Positions 59,232-64,000 of a stretch of DNA of 64,000 nucleotides are shown one piece after another; within the stretch, counting starts at the first letter, position 1, and each line of letters opens with the position of its first letter. Location of the stretch: positions 146,200 to 210,199 of the forward strand of contig JBBRNJ010000004.1 in NCBI GenBank assembly GCA_038230375.1, given 5' to 3'. This DNA comes from Polyangiales bacterium. GTDB lineage: Bacteria > Myxococcota_A > Polyangia > Polyangiales > Polyangiaceae. The notes under the pieces were generated by a model. It was not told the DNA's origin and made no database searches. It was given only the letters and a program-made list of their open reading frames with translations. The translations under genes and the position numbers were made by a program.

Positions 59232-59972
59232 GTGGGTGCCACCGCTGTCACCGCTGCCGCCCTCGTGATCGGCAACGAGATCCTCTCGGGCAAGGTGCCC
59301 GAGGCGAACGTCGTGGAGCTCGCGCGGCTCCTCCGGTCTCGCGGCATCGAGCTGCGGCGCGTGGTGATGGTCGAGGACGACCTGGATGTCATCGCACGCG
59401 AGGTGCAGGAGCTCTCCTCCACACACACGTGGCTCTTCACCTCTGGCGGCGTGGGTCCCACGCACGATGACGTGACCGTGGAGGGTGTGGCGCGCGCATT
59501 CGGGCAGAAGGTCATGACCTCGCCCGAGCTCGAAGAGATGATACGTGCACACTACAAGGAACGCTGCACGGACGGCCATCTCCGCATGGCGCTCGTGCCC
59601 GAAGGGGCCACGCTGGAGGTCACGGATTTCGTGAAGTGGCCCACCATCCGGATGAAGAACGTATGGCTCCTGCCCGGCGTGCCGCAGATCTTCACGCTCA
59701 AGCTGCAGGTGGTGGCCGCAACCATTGGCGACCATGGCGCATTCGTCTCGCACGCCGTCTACACCCAGATGGACGAGGGCGATCTCAAGGCCCTTCTTGA
59801 CGAGATCGTCGCGAAGTTCCCGAACGTATTCGTGGGCTCCTACCCGAAGTGGCTGGACCCCACCTACAAGACAAAGCTCACGTTCGACGGCCGCGATGCG
59901 GCGGAGGTCGCAAGGGCACACGATGCGTTCCTGGCGCTCCTGCCCAAGGGCGAGCCGCAGCGCATGGAGTGA
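59232..59972 (+). CDS. CinA N-terminal / molybdopterin-binding domain protein (COG1058-like)
   Basis: IGNEILSGK, SGGVGPTHDDVT, LPGVP, GSYP; no PncC domain. Confidence 0.85.
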   Translation: MGATAVTAAALVIGNEILSGKVPEANVVELARLLRSRGIELRRVVMVEDDLDVIAREVQELSSTHTWLFTSGGVGPTHDDVTVEGVARAFGQKVMTSPELEEMIRAHYKERCTDGHLRMALVPEGATLEVTDFVKWPTIRMKNVWLLPGVPQIFTLKLQVVAATIGDHGAFVSHAVYTQMDEGDLKALLDEIVAKFPNVFVGSYPKWLDPTYKTKLTFDGRDAAEVARAHDAFLALLPKGEPQRME

Positions 59973-60035
59973 CGCCGCGCGCGCGGGCTCGTGGAGATCT
60001 TTCGGGGGCGGCGCGCGTAGAACCCCGTACCCCAG

Positions 60036-60773
60036 ATGGCGTACCGCGACTCGGCCCGAGCCCTCACCGAACGATACGAAGCCCTCGAGCACGAGCTGCG
60101 CGCCTCCCGCGAGCGGACGCGCAACCTGGAGGAGCTGCGCGCGCAGGAGGCGCGGATCGCGGCCGAGCTAGCCGCAGTCGCGCGAAAGCTCGACGAGCTC
60201 CAGAGTCACGCGCGAAGGCTGCCCCTCCTGGACAACGTGGCCATCGCGTCACCGTGCAGCGCCAGCTGGGACAAGATGCAAGGCGACGACCGCGTACGCT
60301 TCTGCGGCGACTGCAAGAAGGACGTGTACAACCTGTCGGCGATGCCGCGCGATGCAGCCGAAGGGCTGCTTGCGGCGCACGCGAAGGGCGAGCTCTGCGT
60401 ACGCCTCTACCGGCGTGAGGACGGGACCGTGCTCACGCAGGACTGTCCGGTGGGCGTGACGCGCAAGCGTCGCCGCAAGCTCGCATTCGGGATCGCGGGC
60501 GCGACGGCCATGACGGCGGCGGCCGTCACGAGCCTGCTCCAGCGCACGTCGGCGACGCCGCACTGCCCCACGGAGCATCACGCGATGGGCGCAGTGGCGG
60601 TGCCGATGCCGGTCGAGACCGCGAAGCCGACGACGGACGATCTTCCGAAGCCGCCGATGCCGCACCGACCCGACGACGGCGCCCACGAGCTAGGCCGAAG
60701 GACGCCGCCGCGAGAGCACGGTTACAAGATGGGCGCACCCGTCCAGATCGACGTGGAGCGCCACGGCGATTGA
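60036..60773 (+). CDS. Hypothetical membrane protein with coiled coil and Cys-rich domain
   Basis: SPCSASWDKM.GDDRVRFC..C.K.VYNLS..CVRLYRR.DGT..T.DC followed by a hydrophobic helix. Confidence 0.75.
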   Translation: MAYRDSARALTERYEALEHELRASRERTRNLEELRAQEARIAAELAAVARKLDELQSHARRLPLLDNVAIASPCSASWDKMQGDDRVRFCGDCKKDVYNLSAMPRDAAEGLLAAHAKGELCVRLYRREDGTVLTQDCPVGVTRKRRRKLAFGIAGATAMTAAAVTSLLQRTSATPHCPTEHHAMGAVAVPMPVETAKPTTDDLPKPPMPHRPDDGAHELGRRTPPREHGYKMGAPVQIDVERHGD

Positions 60774-60774
60774 G

Positions 60775-61290
60775 TCACGACGTGGCTGATTTCGGATCTT
60801 GCTTCGGATCGGGCTTGGGCAGGCATGGGGCGCAGACAAACACGCGCGTGACCGGCTCCGGTGCGGGATTGGTGAGGCCGAGAAACGCGTCCTCACCCGC
60901 GGCGAGATCGCGCTCGCATCGGGCGCAGTGAGCAGGACGCGCGAGGCGCACGGCCTGGAACGCGAACACGCCACCGAGCGCTTCCTTCGAGGCGCGGCGC
61001 CGCAGACGCTCCCCGAACCGCTCGCGCTCGTGCTCGAGCTGCTCGGCGGCTCGCTTCAATTTCCCTTCGACGTTCTCGGTCGCCACGTCGGCTGCCTTCA
61101 CGGCGTCCTCGAGGATCGTGCGAACCAGGTTCGAGACGGGGACGCGAAGGCCGTCCGCGAAGCGCCGGAGCTCGCGCTCGAGCACGGCTGGTACGCGGGT
61201 GTGGAGCACGCGCTCCTTCTTTCCGGACAGCTCGGTCGCCCGAACCTCGTCCGCCGCCTGCAGGTCTTCGGTCGTTGTGGTCTCGATCAT
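60775..61290 (-). CDS. Ribbon-helix-helix-like protein with C-terminal CxxC...CxxC
   Basis: VLHTRVP-AVLERELRRFA-VSNLVRTILEDAV; CARC and CAPC; GGAGG RBS. Confidence 0.65.
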   Translation of the reverse strand: MIETTTTEDLQAADEVRATELSGKKERVLHTRVPAVLERELRRFADGLRVPVSNLVRTILEDAVKAADVATENVEGKLKRAAEQLEHERERFGERLRRRASKEALGGVFAFQAVRLARPAHCARCERDLAAGEDAFLGLTNPAPEPVTRVFVCAPCLPKPDPKQDPKSATS

Positions 61291-61313
61291 GGGTCCCTCC
61301 CGGGGTCTGTGTC

Positions 61314-61368
61314 GTCACAGGGTTTGTGACACACCGTGTTACATAACGACGCGTCGCGTTACCGTCAA
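61314..61368 (-). promoter_or_regulatory. Sigma-70-type promoter overlapped by TGT(G/T)AC boxes
   Basis: Minus strand TTGACG-N17-TATGTA; GTCACA 61314, TGTGAC 61325, TGTTAC 61337. Confidence 0.55.
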
Positions 61369-61378
61369 GAGCAATGCG

Positions 61379-62101
61379 TCAAATTCTGCGCGGAGGCCCG
61401 AAGTAGGGCGTCAGGAACGAATCGACCATGGGGAGCCAGGCATCCATCGAGTCCCGGAGCTCATGGCCATCGTCGACCTCGATCCGCCTCACGTGAGGAA
61501 GGCCTTCCGCGAGCTCGGCCGACACGCGGGGCGGGACCACGTCGTCGTTCGTTCCGTGGATGATCAAGGTGGGCACCCGCACGTCGGGCATGCTCCCCGT
61601 GAGCTGCTCCAGCTCCTCCATGAAGCCGAAGTCCACGCGCGCTTTCCCGCCATGGGCGTGATCGTCCACCTCCAGCCAGCCGGACTCGCGCCATGCACGA
61701 ACGCCCTCTGGTCCAAGCCTGTTCCCCCACGTTTCAGCGATGCGAAACGCCGGCGCGAGCAGCACAAGCGCGACCACACGCGGGTCTGCCGCCGCCACGT
61801 GAGCAGCCGTCAGCCCGCCCAGGCTCGACCCCATGACCACAACACGTTCGTTCGCCTCGCCGATCTGCCCCACCACCGTCCGCACCATCTCGGAGAGCCG
61901 CAGGTGCTGGAACGAAGGGACGCGGAGGTCCAGCCGCTCGATCTCGAGGCCAAATTGCGCCGCCGCATGCGCCGCGAACCGGACGGCCTTGCTCGACTGG
62001 GGGCCCGAGGCGAAGCCATGCAGGTAAAGCAGGCGGGGGGAGAAACGGGAGGGCGCGTGCGTGGGGATTCCGTATCTCCTTACGTTCCGTGCGTTAGGCA
62101 T
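61379..62101 (-). CDS. YqiA/YcfP-family alpha/beta hydrolase
   Basis: LYLHGFASGPQS.K, GSSLGG, IHGTNDDVVP, DDGH; start uncertain. Confidence 0.85.
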   Translation of the reverse strand: MPNARNVRRYGIPTHAPSRFSPRLLYLHGFASGPQSSKAVRFAAHAAAQFGLEIERLDLRVPSFQHLRLSEMVRTVVGQIGEANERVVVMGSSLGGLTAAHVAAADPRVVALVLLAPAFRIAETWGNRLGPEGVRAWRESGWLEVDDHAHGGKARVDFGFMEELEQLTGSMPDVRVPTLIIHGTNDDVVPPRVSAELAEGLPHVRRIEVDDGHELRDSMDAWLPMVDSFLTPYFGPPRRI

Positions 62102-62183
62102 TGCATCTCCAAAGACAGGCTAGCTACACTTCGTGGGCGTTTTGAGTTTCGGCCCGACGGGTCCGTCTCCAGACGCAGCCCCC

Positions 62184-63857
62184 ATGTGGAAGCTCGTAAT
62201 CGAGGACGACGAAGCCAGGCGAACAGCGGTTCCACTCACGCGGGACGAGTACTCCATCGGCCGCAAAGAGGGGAACAGCATCCGTCTGACCGAGCGCGAC
62301 GTGTCGCGCGAGCACGTGCGACTGCGCAAGCACTCCAATGGTGCCGGTCCCACGTACATGCTCGAGGACCTCAAGAGCTACAACGGTGTGTACGTCAACG
62401 GCATCCGCGTGGCGAACACGCAGGAGCTCATCAACGGCGACCTGATCCAGATCGGCGACTACCGCATCATCTTCCAGGAGGAAGCGCCGGTCACCGTCCC
62501 CTCACCTGACGAGGTATCGACGGCGCCGCCGCTCGTCGCGCCCGCGGTCCCCCTGACGGGCCAGGTCACCAGCGACGCGGACCTCAAGGCCACGAACCCT
62601 GGCGTGACCACCCCGTTCCGCGGCTCGCTCCTGATGGAGCGCCCGAACAGGCTCGTGATGCTCGTCGGCCCCACGCCAGGCGTGGAATACCCGCTCGATC
62701 GCGATCGCCTCACGATCGGCCGCGCGGAGGACGCGACCATCTCCATCAACCACAACTCCGTCTCGCGCCTTCACTGCGAGATCCATTTGCTCGGCGAAGG
62801 CCGCTACGAGATCGTGGACAAGGGCTCGTCGAACGGCATTCGCGTCAACGCGGCGGAGCTCCGTCGCGGCATCGTGGAGGCCGGCGACCTCATCGAACTC
62901 GGCGACGTTCGCCTCAAGTTCGTCGGCGCTGGACAGGTCTTCGTGGCTGGTCCGAACGAGAGCCAGCAGCTCACCGCCATCTCCGATCGCATCGCGCCAG
63001 ATCCCGACGTGAAGCGCGGCAAGACGGGCGTGCTGCCGTTCGCGATCCTTGGTGCGGTGGTCGCGCTCCTCGTGCTCGGCGGTGGTCTGCTGCTGATGAA
63101 GCGCCGCGCGCAGACGGTCGACACGCCGGTACCCGCCACCTCGCTATCGCCGATCGACCAGGAGAAGCAGCTGCTCCAGGAAGCGCTCGCGATGTGCAAC
63201 TCTCCGAAGGCCGGCGAAGACTGCCAGGCAGCGCATGTGAAGGCCACGACCGGCCTGCGCGAGACATCGCCGCTGCGCGAGAGCCCCGACTTCCAGAAGC
63301 TCGAGTCCACCTGGGCGGAATACATGTTTGCCAAGGCCGACGCGGAGCCGGACTTCGCCAAGCGCAAGGAGATCTATCAGAAGGTCTCGCAGACGCTCGG
63401 CGTCGACCAGGAGCATCGAAAGAGCGCGACGGACCGTCTCGACAATCTGGACAAGAGCGTGATCGCAGACCCCTCCGGAACTGGTTCCGCGGCCACGACC
63501 ACCAGCACCGCCCCCACTGCTCCACCGGGCACGGCCGCCTCGCAGACGGCGATCGCGATCAACAATCCTCCCGTCACCTCGAGCGGCACACGACCGGTTC
63601 CTCCGCACCCCACCGGCAACGGCACGGGCACAGGCGGAACGGGCCCCAAACCGCCCGGCGTGCCTGACGTCGAGAAGGCACGCGCGCTGCTCCTCAATGA
63701 TCCCGCGCAGGCAAAGTTCATCCTCTACAACCGCCTGACTGGCAAGCCCGGCACACCCGACGAGTACCGCGTCCTGCGCGAGGCCTGCAGGGCCGCGGCC
63801 AGCTACGACAAGTCCTGCATCGAGCAGTGCACAAAGCACCTCAGCAGCGGCAACTAG
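62184..63857 (+). CDS. Double-FHA domain membrane protein
   Basis: IGR..VSREH..SYNG and IGR..SVSRLH..SSNG; TM helix; Pro/Thr-rich C-terminal region. Confidence 0.9.
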   Translation: MWKLVIEDDEARRTAVPLTRDEYSIGRKEGNSIRLTERDVSREHVRLRKHSNGAGPTYMLEDLKSYNGVYVNGIRVANTQELINGDLIQIGDYRIIFQEEAPVTVPSPDEVSTAPPLVAPAVPLTGQVTSDADLKATNPGVTTPFRGSLLMERPNRLVMLVGPTPGVEYPLDRDRLTIGRAEDATISINHNSVSRLHCEIHLLGEGRYEIVDKGSSNGIRVNAAELRRGIVEAGDLIELGDVRLKFVGAGQVFVAGPNESQQLTAISDRIAPDPDVKRGKTGVLPFAILGAVVALLVLGGGLLLMKRRAQTVDTPVPATSLSPIDQEKQLLQEALAMCNSPKAGEDCQAAHVKATTGLRETSPLRESPDFQKLESTWAEYMFAKADAEPDFAKRKEIYQKVSQTLGVDQEHRKSATDRLDNLDKSVIADPSGTGSAATTTSTAPTAPPGTAASQTAIAINNPPVTSSGTRPVPPHPTGNGTGTGGTGPKPPGVPDVEKARALLLNDPAQAKFILYNRLTGKPGTPDEYRVLREACRAAASYDKSCIEQCTKHLSSGN

Positions 63858-63865
63858 AAGGCTCC

Positions 63866-64000
63866 TGCTTGTCCGGTTGTTTCAGCTCGCCGCTACCGCT
63901 TGTGGGGCGGTTGTCGTTCTGCCTTTTGGATCTGCTTGTAGGTCGTGGGCCCCTGGCTGGTTCCGAGACCAAGGAGCGTCTGAAATGCGGCCTGGGGCGT
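63866..64000 (-). mobile_element. Right end of a probable IS1595-family insertion sequence (transposase C-terminus 63893-64000 plus terminal repeat)
   Basis: Minus-strand frame TPQAAFQTLLGLGTSQGPTTYKQI..* resembles IS1595 transposase C-termini as I recall them; followed by GCTGAAACAACCGGACAAGC, a TIR-like end; lower GC than the flank. Confidence 0.55.

Noticed and set aside
1..64000. CRISPR array, tRNA or rRNA genes
   Set aside because: No repeat-spacer periodicity or recognisable structural RNA; nearly all sequence is accounted for by protein genes.

Overview
GC-rich bacterial DNA. Gene content suggests a myxobacterium (Myxococcota, probably Polyangiales); this is an inference from many Cys-rich lipoproteins, a VWA lipoprotein, a MYXO-CTERM-like tail, a kinase/sigma-54 activator fusion, an ECF/anti-sigma module and an FHA protein. 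About 60 genes are supportable, including fliW, rbgA, a pmbA/tldE homolog, a receptor-less cheY-cheA-cheW-cheW-HEAT-cheR-cheB cluster, a haloalkane dehalogenase, an MFS transporter and two diheme c-type cytochromes. The window ends inside a probable IS1595-family element. No rRNA, tRNA or CRISPR array was seen. Most unusual observations: (1) an exported CRTAC1/FG-GAP lipoprotein whose N-terminal half appears to hold up to four tandem histone-fold-like units; (2) a putative sigma-54 operon of three lipoproteins sharing YHP(E/D)YHP and His/Met-rich YbjQ-like modules; (3) recurring sigma-54 and sigma-70 promoter motifs placed so transcripts would be leaderless; (4) an orphan fliW between a stand-alone HisKA-like peptide and a degenerate REC-GGDEF-HDOD protein. 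All family calls come from motif recognition by eye, not database searches.
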